Assembly: GCF_006345805.1 (NCBI RefSeq)
Contig: NC_042999.1
Coordinates: forward strand, 128,278,001 to 128,342,000
Length of the DNA: 64,000 bases
DNA from: Octopus sinensis
Lineage: Eukaryota
Direction: 5' to 3'
The notes below the pieces were generated by a model. That model was not told where the DNA came from. It saw only the letters and a program-made list of their open reading frames with translations, and searched no databases. Positions 14,555-27,276 of the stretch are shown piece by piece. The first letter of the stretch is position 1. Each line of letters starts with the position of its first letter. Made by a program: the position numbers and the translations under genes.

Positions 14555-14809
14555 TCTTACATGATCAGGTCATTGGGAAGTAAACCAGTACCCACACCAG
14601 ATTGGCCTAGTGAGGAGGATTGGTTGAAATCAAACTAAATAAAGCATGGCCAGTGCAAAAAAGGACGAATTGAACTCGCTGTAAGGACGAGGATTGTCCA
14701 GCAATTGTGTGCAACATTTTAGGAATATTAGTGATGAAGAATAATAGCCCTTTATGAGCACAAAATAACCCATTTTGCCCTGTGTAAAACCACTGGGTGA
14801 GTGTAAATC

Positions 14810-15009
14810 TATCACCACTACCACCACCACCAACATCATCGTCACCACCACACCACCACCTCCAATACCCCCAATACTACCACCACCACCACCTCCATCC
14901 TCCTCCTCCTCACCATCATCCCATCATCACCATCATCATCGTCGTCGTCGTCGTCATCATCATCATCACCCCACCACCTCCATCTATTCTCCTCCTCCTC
15001 CTCCTCCTC

Positions 15010-15041
<32 letters not shown>

Positions 15042-15115
15042 CATTGTCATCATCGTCATCATATTCATCGTCATCATCATCGTCCTCGTCATCATCATCA
15101 TCATCATCACCATTT
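14810..15115. repeat. Decayed (CAT/CAC/CCT)n array abutting an RTE tail remnant (15116-15185, minus strand)
   Basis: Direct reading; adjacent ttttaatgtccacttttccatg is the RTE tail end. Confidence 0.85.
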
Positions 15116-16149
15116 TAATGTCCACTTTTCCATGTTTGCATGCACGGGTCAGATAATTTGTTGAGGCAGATTTTTCAAAGGCTGATGTGACCACCACCAC
15201 ACTGCTAATACTACTCAACCAACACCACCATCAACATCCTCATGACTAGCATAACATCAAGAATGGTTTCAAATTTTGGCACAAGGCCGGCAATTTTGGG
15301 AGAGCTAGGTAAGTCAATTATATCAATTCAAGTACTTGGCTGGTACTTTTTAATGACTCCAAATAAATGAAAGGAAAGTTGATCTGGCAAAATTTGAACT
15401 CAGAAGAGCTAAGAAAAATACTGCTCACCAGCACTATCATGCGTAGCATTCTGTGTGGTCTTTTGATTTATTAGAAATAGCAGCCAAATCCCTTCAGATT
15501 ATATGTTATTTCAAAATATAAGAAAAAATGAAGGTCACATTGGACAATATAGACATATACACTTTTATCACTAGTCTGTTTAATATGGATTGAAGTGGAG
15601 CTAAACTGTCACCGTCACCACAACCACGACCACCACCACCGCCATGACAGCAACACCACATGATCACTTGCACCAGCAGCACCAGCAGCATCAGCAGCAG
15701 CAACACTAGCACCACCACCACCACCACCATGACCATAATACCTCATGATTGCTTGCAGCAGCAGCAGCAACAGCAGAGAGGTCAACAGCAGCAGCAGAGG
15801 CAGCTGTAGCACCACCACCACTGCCACCACTGTCACCATCAACACCATCAATACCATCATCACCGCTATGGCCAGTGCTAACATTTCCAACACACATTTA
15901 AAATCGAATTCTATGTGAATCCCATAGCAGTATGAAAGCAGGTGTTGCAGTCAGAGGATGGTTGTGTGTGTAGTTAGAGCCAAGTGACTGTCTCAGCTGA
16001 TTGTGATGGACATGACAATTAGTTGAGGAATAATTATTTTGATTACTGGAATACATTGTCAAACGTACAGCAACAGATAATCCATTTATGGGATTTTAAA
16101 CCAGATACTATGTATATATGTGTATTTGTATGTATGAGTAAGTGTAAGC

Positions 16150-16195
<46 letters not shown>

Positions 16196-16359
16196 GCACA
16201 CACACACAAACACACACATATATGTATATACACATATGCACACATGCACACACGCACACAAACATGCATATGTACATGCATGTGTACAGATATACTTATA
16301 CCACACATAAGCATCCATCCATCCATCCATCTATGTATCTATGTATCTATCTATCTATG

Positions 16360-16409
<50 letters not shown>

Positions 16410-16472
16410 GCTAGCTAGCTATCTATCTATCTATTCTCTCTCTGTCTCTGTCTCTGTCCCTCTCTCTCTCTT

Positions 16473-16503
<31 letters not shown>

Positions 16504-16663
16504 ATATATATATATATATTACATACATATGTAATGTAATGTAATATGTATGTGATATAACTTTTCTGAATCTTCAAATTTTTCAATTTGCTTGACCACT
16601 GGTTTTAAATTGATATTAATTAAATTAATATTCAAATTTTCACCTTTATTATTTAAATATATA

Positions 16664-16696
<33 letters not shown>

Positions 16697-16963
16697 CATA
16701 CATGCATACATGCTCACATATATGAATATATGTTTCATATAAGTGTGTATATATATGCATATACATATACATATATATATATATATACATAAATATATAT
16801 ATATATATACTTTATTTAAAGCAGCAGAAAATTCAACAAAACCTGTAACAGGTTTTGTTAAATTTCTGCTGCTTTAAATAAAGCATATTACTCTACCACT
16901 AGTATTTGAGTACTCTTTTTCCCACCTTGTTTCACATTTATGTGTTTACTCCGGTATATATAT

Positions 16964-17015
<52 letters not shown>

Positions 17016-17176
17016 TATATAAACATATATGTCTATGTACATTATACAAACACATATAGAATGTGTGCATGTGTATGTCTGTAAACATATATATATACAG
17101 ATAAATTCCTCTATTTACATAATATCGAGGTCTCTTTCTTTTATTGTCTTACCATTTCTATCAATATATACATACG

Positions 17177-17214
<38 letters not shown>

Positions 17215-17506
17215 TATTCCTGGTGTCTTCATGTCGCCAGACATTGAAATAGTAGTAGCAGTGATGATTAGGTAATTGTACTGGTGGTTGCAGAGGTGGT
17301 TGCAGGGCTTATGAAGGTGGCAATAGAGATATGAACAATATACTAGTTACAAGACTGCCTCAATCAATATTCAATGGTGCTTTCTCTGACGTTTTCCTAT
17401 GTTCCATATATAAATGTTTCTCTCAGTGAAGAAGTGCAGTATGTGTACACTGATGTGTGCATGTACACATATGTGTGTATGTGTGTGTGTCTCTCTCTAT
17501 ATATAT

Positions 17507-17541
<35 letters not shown>

Positions 17542-17611
17542 AATGTATCTGTATATGTTAGTATGCATATGTATTAGTGCATGTATGCATTGGCAAACAC
17601 AAGCATATATA

Positions 17612-17898
17612 TGTGGCCAATGCCAGCGCCGCCTTGACTGGCTTCCGTGCTGGTGGCACGTTAAAAGTACCAACCGATCATGGGCGATACCAGACTCCCC
17701 TGGAACCTGTGCCGGTGGCACATAAAAAGCACCCACTACACTCGCGGAGTGGTTGGCGTTAGGAAGGGCATCCAGCTGTAGAAACACTGCCAGATCAGAC
17801 TGAAGCCTGGTGCAACCCCTGGATTCCCAGACCCCGGTCGAACTGTCCAACCCGTGCTAGCGCAGAAAACGGACATTAGATGATGATGATGATGATGA
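17612..17898 (+). mobile_element. Orphan RTE 3' UTR/tail
   Basis: Matches 59120-59403; ends in ggacattagatgatgatgatg. Confidence 0.85.
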
Positions 17899-17914
17899 TA
17901 ATATATATATATAC

Positions 17915-17975
<61 letters not shown>

Positions 17976-18059
17976 ATAGAAATATTAAAATTACTAAGTC
18001 TCTATATTATTCTTATATCTATAAGAATGCCATATTAATATGGCGATAACAATTAATTT

Positions 18060-18102
<43 letters not shown>

Positions 18103-18429
18103 ATGTATATGACCCCTTCATGTTTGTTTTCGTTCAGTTTCCTTGTATGTCTTCACTGTCATTTTTTTGTTCCCAACTTTGACCTTCCATAAATCCTAAA
18201 CTTTATTTTAGAATTTATGGGAGCAATGCTTTTAAAGACTCATATTGTCATTGAATGCTCGAAATGAGGAGTAGATAGACAGCCAACAACTGATGAAGAG
18301 TCTTTTCTGTGTGTTTACTGTCCCATTTTCCATTTTTGTTGTTGTTAACATATTTCACTCATTTTCCCCTTGTTTGTTTATGTTTTTCATGTTATTTGCA
18401 CCTTTGGGGACATCCTGTACCCATATATG

Positions 18430-18473
<44 letters not shown>

Positions 18474-18476
<3 letters not shown>

Positions 18477-19258
18477 GGTGCAGTGAATGAACTGTCATAT
18501 AAATTATGCAAAAATGAAAATAACACTGACATCTCATTTTAACAGGTGTATTTACCAAAGTCTATGTAAAAATCTCCTGCAGTGCTTCTGGACAGGCTTC
18601 TTGTTTAAGTTTGTGAATGTTACCATAATCCTTGCCTTCAATTAATCTTTGGTGTTACAAGGAGTTTTGCTGGTCTTTCACTGAACTGCACCCCATGCAT
18701 GATAATCAAGGGGGTTGCAGTCTGGGGAGTTAGGTGGCCAGATGTCAGGGGTGATGTAGTTACAGAAATTGTCTGACAACCAAGGCTGGGTTCTCCTGCT
18801 TGTGTAGCATGGTGCAGAGTCCTGATGACACCCTCTTGACCCAGGGCAGTGCTCCTCCTCCAGGCACTTGATGTAGGCTCTGTGTTGAGTCTGATGCCAT
18901 GTGGGAAGATGAATGGCGGCATAATTTCACCATCACTAGTGATCACTCCAAATATCATGTTGTTAACTGGATGTTTAATTTTTATCACTCTCGGTAGAGT
19001 CCTCAGATTGTGCTGTCCTTAGATTAACACACAAATACTCTGAAATATCCATATTGGAGTTTCAGGTGTGAGTGCCAAGCAGTACAGCATATTGTTTCCA
19101 AATTACTAGCAGAGTGAACTGCGCCGTGGTGCTGTTTTTCTCACAGATGGTGCCCAGTTGACCCTACTATAGCATGTAGTTGACAAAATCAAATACAAAC
19201 AGTGCATATGCATGAAATTAAAAATATAAAATGATGACAATTTACCCATCACACCCTG
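18474..19258 (-). mobile_element. Internally deleted Tc1/mariner DD37D (maT-like) element
   Basis: Frameshifted KHPVNNMIFGVITSDG...WPPxTxDCNPLD transposase C-terminus; related termini at 18474 and 19258, each bordered by TA repeats. Confidence 0.8.
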
Positions 19259-19276
19259 TATATATATATATATATA

Positions 19277-19400
19277 GTTTTGTGGGAGAAGCTCATAATA
19301 AATAATGCCTTTATGATACCACCAAACACAAAGCATAATATTTTGGGCATGGATGTTTGTCTTTGTTTGCTGTTTTGGGTGATCCTTACGCAAACTCCAT
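19277..19400 (-). mobile_element. Mariner (DD34D-type) transposase fragment
   Basis: KTNIHAQNIMLCVWWYHKGIIYYELLPQN matches the mariner KxMLCVWWDxxGIIYYELL motif. Confidence 0.75.
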
Positions 19401-19501
19401 GATCTATTTTTAGTCAGGTACAAAGAAGAGATGCACTACCACTTCAAGCAATGCCAAAGTTTTAACTGTGTTATGTTTCAGGTGTATTCAATGAAGCATT
19501 T

Positions 19502-19536
<35 letters not shown>

Positions 19537-19737
19537 TCAAGGATGAGTTTTATAGGGATATATCATCCTGGAAGTTACTGTGTTTCCTCTTAACTCAGTT
19601 TTAGATGCTGCTAACCGCAACAGTTCTTATGTGGTATCCAAGCTAACAATAAATTGTTAGGCTCTGGTAACTTCTCTCGCTGGGTGAATCTGAGTGTGCT
19701 ATTCTGGATTGCATATCTCTGTAGAGTAAGTGATTGT

Positions 19738-19776
<39 letters not shown>

Positions 19777-20203
19777 GAGAACAGAGATTTTTCACATCCG
19801 TAATTTTATTTAACAGTTATTTACAACATCTTTTTGGGACCTATATGTGTTTCAACTGCAGTGACAGCACAGTGTTGGATAGGCAACCTAGCATCATGGC
19901 CAGTGTAATTTTACATGGGTTCTCACTCTCTGCTATTTTGAAGTAATATTGAAGGAATCAATAAATTAAATGAATAAACTGCTTCATGTGAGGCAGGGGT
20001 GCTACTATTAATAGCTGTAGGAATCTTGACCTAGGTCAAGACTCCTACAACTATAAATAGCAGCACCCCTGCCTCACACCCAAAAAGATGTGAATAACTG
20101 TTAAATAAAATTATGGATGTGAAAAATCTCCATTCTCCTTATCATTATTTATTATATATATGGATATATATATGTGCATGTGTATACTTATATATATATA
20201 TGC

Positions 20204-20334
<131 letters not shown>

Positions 20335-20471
20335 TGTATGTATGTATGTATGTATGTATGTGCATGTGTATATATATATATATATATATATAAATTGCAG
20401 TGTGGAAGGTATTTATAAGCCATTTAAGAAACACACAAAAGCCATTAGATTCACTTTTCATTTATATTTAA

Positions 20472-20522
20472 TTTGTCAAAATATTTACGGCACTTTGAGA
20501 CCGCGACCTGTTCACTGACAAA
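20472..20522 (-). ncRNA. Hammerhead-ribozyme-like motif with G3-C8 swapped core (decayed)
   Basis: Minus strand: TTTGTCA-GTGAACA-GGTCGC-ggtctcaaa-GTGCC-GTAA-ATATT-T-TGACAAA; perfect 7-bp stem I and palindromic AATATT stem III. Confidence 0.45.
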
Positions 20523-20710
20523 ATTCTGTGCTGCATCTCTGTAGGGATGCAGCACTTCATTAAGCAGCCAATATATATATGCATACATGTGTATGTTTAT
20601 ATATATATACATTTATATACGCATATATATATGCATATATATATATATATATATATATATTTGTGTGTGTGTGTATGTATATATATATGTATATACATAT
20701 ATATATATAA

Positions 20711-20778
<68 letters not shown>

Positions 20779-21062
20779 TACATATATGCATACATATATA
20801 CATCACTAAAGTGACTGAGGCCACTAGTCAGCACCAGTACTGCTAGAAATACGAGTTAAAGGATCTCATAGCCAAAAGAAGCACCTTATCTTAATGACTG
20901 ACAAGAGAAGCAAGCTCCCTCAATACCTAGGAATAGCCAGATCACAGTGATTTTGCATCTATATTAATGTTCTTCAGTGACTCTCACCTAGCATTTAGAG
21001 TTAAAATCAACTCACCTTGTCAGTTTAGAATATTATTGTAGAAAATGCTGATTTTCTGTATA

Positions 21063-21696
21063 CAGTGTGCGGTAAATTAACTGTCATCCAAATTGTACGA
21101 AAATGAAAATAACACTGACATCTCATTTTAACTGATATACTTACCAGAATTACATAAAGATATCTTGAAATACTAAAGAGCAAATTTATTCAATCAAATC
21201 ACCATTGGCTTCAACTATAGCCTCCAGAGGACTTCAGAATGGTCTCCTTGTCTAAGTTGGTGAATGCTGCCATAATCCTTGACTTCAGTTTATCTTTGGT
21301 GTTACAAGGAGTTTTGCTGGTCTATTGCTCAACTGTACCACAACTCATAATAATCAAGGGATTTGCAGTCTGGGGAGTTAGGTGGCCAGATGTCAGGTGT
21401 TATGTGGTTGCAGAAATTGTCTGACAGCCATGACTGGGTTCTCCTGCTTGTGTGGCCTGGTGCAGAGTCCTGTTGCCAGAGACCTGTTGACACCCTCTTG
21501 ACCCAGGGTAGCATTCCTCTTCCAGGCTCTTGATATAGGCTCTGTGTTGAGTCTGAAACCATGTGAGAAGATGAATGGAGGCATAATGTCACCATCATTA
21601 GTGATCACTCCAAACACCATGATATTGACTGGATGTTTGATTTTTATCACTCTCGATACATGTCTTCAGGTTGCACTCTCCTTAGATTGACACCCA
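21063..21696 (-). mobile_element. Second DD37D (maT-like) transposon fragment
   Basis: WQQDSAPGHTSRRTQSWLSDNFCNHITPDIWPPNSPDCKSLD has 37 residues between the second and third catalytic D; paralogous to 18474-19030. Confidence 0.85.
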
Positions 21697-21744
21697 ATTT
21701 ATTAACCCATTGGTTAATAAATTCACATCATTCCTGATTGAAAC

Positions 21745-22230
21745 CCATAGTCTTTGTCATGTGTTTTGTAGCAGAAGCTTGGACAAAATATTTTCTACTG
21801 TAATCTTGGACATGCATCTACCTTTGCCTTGGAATGTATTTTCTACCATAGTTTTGCGTATGCCTTAGCCTTGGGTATGCCTTTTATATAACTTTGGACA
21901 TGTGTCTTGTACCATAACCATGGACATATGTCATCGACCACATGTATGTTTTTTTACTTATCTTTGGAGATGTATATTCTACCATAACTTTGGTCATATA
22001 TCTTCTACCATGACCTTGGACATGTATTGTATCTTCTACCATAACCTAGGTCATATGCCTTTCACAATAGTCTTGGTTGTGTTTTCTACCATATCCTTGG
22101 CTATATGTCTTCAATCATAACCTTAAACAAGTGTCCTTTCCCATGGCCACAGAATTTGTTTTTAACCACAGCCTTTGACACGTGTCTTCTTCCATAATCT
22201 TGTAATGTGACTTCTATCATAGTCTTGGAC
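21745..22230 (+). repeat. Decayed ~26-bp minisatellite (tcttctaccataaccttggacatgtg)
   Basis: Repeated tcttctacc...ccttggacat units; the same unit occurs inverted at 22495-22665. Confidence 0.75.
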
Positions 22231-22237
22231 ACACGGT

Positions 22238-22456
22238 GGAGGTGGGTAGTTTAGTGGTTAAGGTATTAGACCCTTGACTGTAAGATTTTGCTTTCAATTC
22301 CTAGACCAGGGAAGCACTGTGTTCTTGAGCAAAACACTTCATTTTACATTGCACCAGTTCACTCAGCTGGCAAAATGGATATTCCTACAACAGACTGGAA
22401 TCTCATCCAGAGGCAGGAAACTGGCCCTATAATTCTATATGACTCAAGGAAAGAAC
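22238..22456 (+). mobile_element. CORE-like SINE type A
   Basis: Aligns with 9705-9947. Confidence 0.7.
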
Positions 22457-22897
22457 TTTATCTTTCCATCTTTGGATACATGTCTAAGTTCATACAGCAG
22501 ACACATGACCAAGATTTTAGTAGAAAGCATGATCAAACTATTGTAGAAGACACATATCCAAGGTTATGGAAGAAAACACAATCAAGATTATGGTAGGAGA
22601 TATGTTTAAGCTTATGGGAGAAAACACATGTTTAAGGTTATGGTAGAAGACATATTCTAACTTAATGGTTCAATGATGACGTATAATGTAAAATTCATTA
22701 TTTACATGAATTTCCCTGCATGGCATGTTTCTTTGTTATATGTGATATGTACTTTTAGTTCAGTAGTTCTTAGACTAACAAATATTCTCCCCTGTTTTCA
22801 AGTAAGGTAATATTTCCCCTTGGAAAGATATGGTTTTGCAGGATATTGCGAATGAATGAAATTCATTTACAGCAATCATACAATATCAAAACAAGGA

Positions 22898-23129
22898 AAG
22901 AGTGGTGAGCTGGCAGAAACGTTAGCACGTCGGGCAAAGTGCTTAGTGGTATTTCGTCTGTCTTTACATTCTGAGTTCAAATTCCACCGAGGTCAACTTT
23001 GCCTTTCATCCTTTTGAGGTTGATAAATTGCGATAAATTACTCGTAAGTACCAGTCTAATTGACTGGTATGATCTAATTGACTGGCCCCTTCCCCAAAAA
23101 TTTCAGGCCTTGTGCCTAGGGCAGAAAAG
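22898..23129 (+). mobile_element. SINE type C with 16-bp TSD
   Basis: TSD aatatcaaaacaagga at 22882-22897 and 23130-23145; central ggtcaactttgcctttcatcc...gataaatt resembles a conserved metazoan SINE central domain (not assigned). Confidence 0.85.
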
Positions 23130-23499
23130 AATATCAAAACAAGGAGATATGAATACATCCCCTCCCTCTCTCTCTTTTCCTATCTCCCTCTTTCTCTCAC
23201 ACATACACATCTATACATGGCAGCTTCTCGGTTTCTGTCTACCAAATCCATTCAATGTTTTGTTTGGTCTGGGACTATAGTAGATGACGTTTGCCAAGGT
23301 TTCACATAGTAGGACTGAACTTGAAATCATGTGGCTGGAAAGCAAATTTCTGAACCACACAGCCACACCTGCACCTATAGCCATGCCTATGTTATCTATA
23401 AAGAATTATGAGTGAGTTATCTATGCAATATACTATGTATGAAATATATCATGTGTGAGTTACACTGTCATTAAATCTTCATGAAATAGAAGTTGAAAA

Positions 23500-24143
23500 A
23501 TATTATGGTGGCGGTAGTGGCTGTGGCAGTGGTGGTGGTAGCAGCGACGGTGGTGACAATGGTGGTGGTGGTGGTGGCAACAGCAGCAGTGGTGGTAGTC
23601 GCAGCAGTGGTGGTAGTACTGGTGGTGGTGGTGGTGGTGGTGGTGGTGGTATGGACATATTTGATAGTTTCAAATAAACTGTCTGTCTTTGAACATATTG
23701 GTGCATCTGGTGAGTTTCCATGTTGTTATAGTAACAGCAATTCTCTACATCAGAAGCAGTGTGCCAGAGACCTTTTAAAGTAAAGCAGCCTAGCAACTCA
23801 CTGAACTGGTGTTGTTAGTAATAGTAATCGACATAATAATGGCATAAGATGATGGCCATGGAATTTACAGAAGGTTACTGGTGATTACTGTGGTACTAGT
23901 TGTGGTCATGGTCATATTAGTGATGATGACAGTGATGATGACAGTGACAGAGTTAATGCTAATGGTGGTGGTGGTGATGGTGGTGGTGGTGGTGATGGAA
24001 GAGATAGTCATTGCTGTGTTGATGATGTTATTGATGTTGGTCAGAATTACAATGGTAATGGTGGTGATGTACTAGTGGTGCTTGTGGTTGTATTAGTTGT
24101 AGTAGTGGTATTGACAACGATGATGACGATGATAACAACGATA

Positions 24144-24187
<44 letters not shown>

Positions 24188-24380
24188 AGTAATGATGTTG
24201 ATGGTAGTGGTGGTAGTGATGATAATGGTGATGATGGCATTAGATGTAGTGATGAGTTTGTTGCTGATGGAAGTGGTGGTAGTGGTGGTAGTGGTGGCAG
24301 CAGCGGCGGTGGTGGTGGTTGTAATGTTGGTGGTAATGACTGCAATGGTTGTGTTACTATTAGTAGTGGTAGTGATGGTA
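23500..24380. repeat. Two decayed (GGT/GAT)n trinucleotide arrays (23500-23650, 23850-24380)
   Basis: Direct reading. Confidence 0.85.
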
Positions 24381-24618
24381 ACAGCACAGTTCTTAATATG
24401 GATCTACCCACAAAGAGACACACTCATACAGACTTATATATGCACTTACACACACTCATGCATGTAATTGTCATCATCATAGTTTAACATCCACTGTTTC
24501 ATGCTTGCATGGGCCACACAGAATTTATTGAAGCAAATTTTCAAACTTTTTTTATTGGTTGATGCCTTTCCTGCTGCAAACCCTTACTTGTTTCTAAGAA
24601 AGGTAATATTTCTAATGG

Positions 24619-24835
24619 TGAAAGGTGGCAAGCTGGTAGAAACATTAGTACACTGGGTGAAATGCTTACCGGTATTTTGTCTGTCTTAACATCCTGAGTT
24701 CAAATTCCACTGTGGTCGACTTTGCCTTTCATCTTTTCAGGGTCGATAAATTAAATACCAGTTGCATACTGGGGTTGATCTCATCAACTGGCCCCCTCCC
24801 CCAAAATTTCGGGCCTTGTGCTTAGAGTAGAAAAG
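24619..24835 (+). mobile_element. SINE type C with 14-bp TSD
   Basis: TSD aatatttctaatgg at 24605-24618 and 24836-24849; paralog of 22898-23129. Confidence 0.85.
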
Positions 24836-25387
24836 AATATTTCTAATGGCAAAAAATGTTTCTCACAAATGACATCATTTGTGTATATGTGAACATGCAT
24901 ATGTGTGTGTGTGTGTGTGGGAGTGCGTGTGTACATGTGCATATGTGTGCATGTGTGTGTGTATGTTCTTATGATTATGCATCTTTATAACAATTCATTG
25001 GTATTCTGTTTTTCTCTTGTCTCCCAGTGTTACCTCCTTTCTCTACCAAGACATCTTTCTCTCTCTTTCTCTTTCTCTAAATGTTTGCCACCCTACTCAG
25101 TATAATCCTCCTCCTTAAACATAAGTTTAAATTCTTTTCCTCACCCTCATTAGCTGATCACTTGATTTCAACCTGCTATGGGTTCCTCGGTGACAGATGT
25201 TCAGCTGCTGAACATCTGTCACCAAGGAACCCAAAACAGGATGAAATCAAGTGATCAACTAAGGAAATTTGTTATTCCCTTGCAAATTTTATTTCTTATT
25301 GCTGCTCTGTCCTCAACTGATGTTTTGCTCTGAAGCATCAGGGACTTCTAACTCCAGATTATTAGTATCACTATGCCTAAATGATAA

Positions 25388-25471
<84 letters not shown>

Positions 25472-25486
25472 GTCAAATAATAATAA

Positions 25487-27191
25487 TTGTCAAACAATTC
25501 AGTGATGACATCAGAATGCAATTTGGCCTCGATAAGTGTGCAAAAGCTACCTTTATCAAAGGAAAAATGACAGAAACATCTAACGTTAACCTTGACCAGC
25601 AGAATGTCATAAAAGAATTAGACCCAGCAGAGAACTACAAGTATTTAGGGGTAATTGAAGGAGAAGGAATAAGACATTCAGAGATGAAGGAAAGGATCAG
25701 GAGAGAATGTTATCGCAGAGTAAGGGCAATACTCAAGACAGAGCTGAATGCGAGAAACAGGATCGAAGCGATCAATGCATTAGCCATACCAGTCGTGACT
25801 TACAGTTTCAATATCGTTAACTGGTCAATTACTGAAATATGTAATCTTGACAGAAAAATACGAAAACTGTTGACAATGCATAGAATGCACCACCCTAAGG
25901 CAGATACAGAACGACTTTATCTGCCAAGAAAAGAGGGAGGCCGTGGACTTTTACAACTGGCAATAACAATGAAGATTGCTACAATTGTCCTAGACACCTA
26001 CCTGAAAAAGTCTGAGGACTGGATGTTAAAACTTGTCTCAAAACATGAAAACAAGAAAGCATCATACTCAGTAACAAAACAGGCAAAGGAATATCTAAGT
26101 GAATTCCGAATACAACAAATTTCGGAATTAGAGATAGACATACAAGAAACAAGCACAGAAAAAGCTAAGCGCATAAAAACCCGTGCTAAATCTGCAGCCT
26201 TAGATATTCTGAATGATAAATGGCAAGAAAAACCTCTCCATGGCAAATACCCAAAGAGAGCAAAGAATGCAGATGTTGACAAAGCCCTGATCCATCAATG
26301 GCTAATGGCCTCTGGCTTAAAATCTGAAACAGAGGGGTTTATCATAGCAGCTCAAGATCAATGCCTACCAACAAGAAACTACCAGGCCAACATATTAAAG
26401 ATCAGAAGCAGTCCAACGTGTTGTGTATGCCAACAACAAAATGAAACCATTGACCATGTGGTCTCCAAGTGCAATCTTCTAGTGCCTACAGAGTATCTCA
26501 ACAGACACGATAGAGCTGCACAATATATTCACTGGGTAATCTGCAAAAACCTGGATTTGCCCCATGAAAAAACTGGTGGGAACACAAACCACCCCCAGTG
26601 CTTGAAAATTACCACATCTCACTCCTCTGGAACTTCACCATTCAAACTGACAGAAAGATAGATGCAAATAGGCCAGACATCATATTGAAAGACTTCAAAC
26701 AAAGAACATGCCTCCTCATTGATATGACTGTCCCAATCGATATAAACGTATCTGTCAAGACCTACCAAAAACTGAACAAATATAAAGATCTTGAAATAGA
26801 AATCAGCAAAATGTGGAACCTGAAGACTAAAACAATACCTGTTGTCATAGGTGCCCTGGGAATGATAGCAAAAGGGGCTGATAGCTACCTAACTCAGATA
26901 CCAGGAAACCCCAAAATGGCAGAAATTCAAAAGATAGTGCTCATGGGAACTGCTCATATCCTACGCAAAATACTTTCTATGTAATCTCAAGGCTTAAAAC
27001 AAACATAATTTTCGGTTTAAAAAAAAAAAAATTTTTTTTTTTTTTTAGACATTCATTAGTACAACACCCCCACCCAAATATATGGCACACTAGACATAAC
27101 AACAATATGAACTTCTAACCTGTTGTCTCTTGAGGTCTCTGGGTGAGACTTGGAGCCAACTTGTACAAATATAAAGCAAAAGTCAAACATA

Positions 27192-27193
<2 letters not shown>
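25487..27193 (+). mobile_element. 5'-truncated R4/Dong-clade non-LTR retrotransposon inserted in (TAA)n
   Basis: FSDDIRMQFGLDKC RT end, CCHC knuckle (CCVC...H...C), RHD motif, PD..D..K restriction-like endonuclease; ~210-bp 3' UTR; (TAA)n on both sides. Confidence 0.92.
25516..26984 (+). pseudogene. RT C-terminus, zinc knuckle and RLE ORF with a single 1-bp frameshift
   Basis: ORFs 25516-26661 and 26598-26984 join if one A is added to the A6 run at 26567-26572, restoring HEKNWWEHKPPPVLEN. Confidence 0.88.
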
Positions 27194-27254
<61 letters not shown>

Positions 27255-27276
27255 TAATAATAATAATAATAATAAT

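Noticed and set aside
18257-18302. GCTCGAAA...CTGATGAAGAGT as a type-II hammerhead
   Set aside because: Stems I and III cannot form from the intervening sequence.
370-19725. Short candidate exons at 370-435, 2688-2777, 6634-6707 and 19661-19725
   Set aside because: Splice-like ends with 65-90-nt open frames are expected by chance in AT-rich DNA; the phases do not form a full chain and no homology was recognised.
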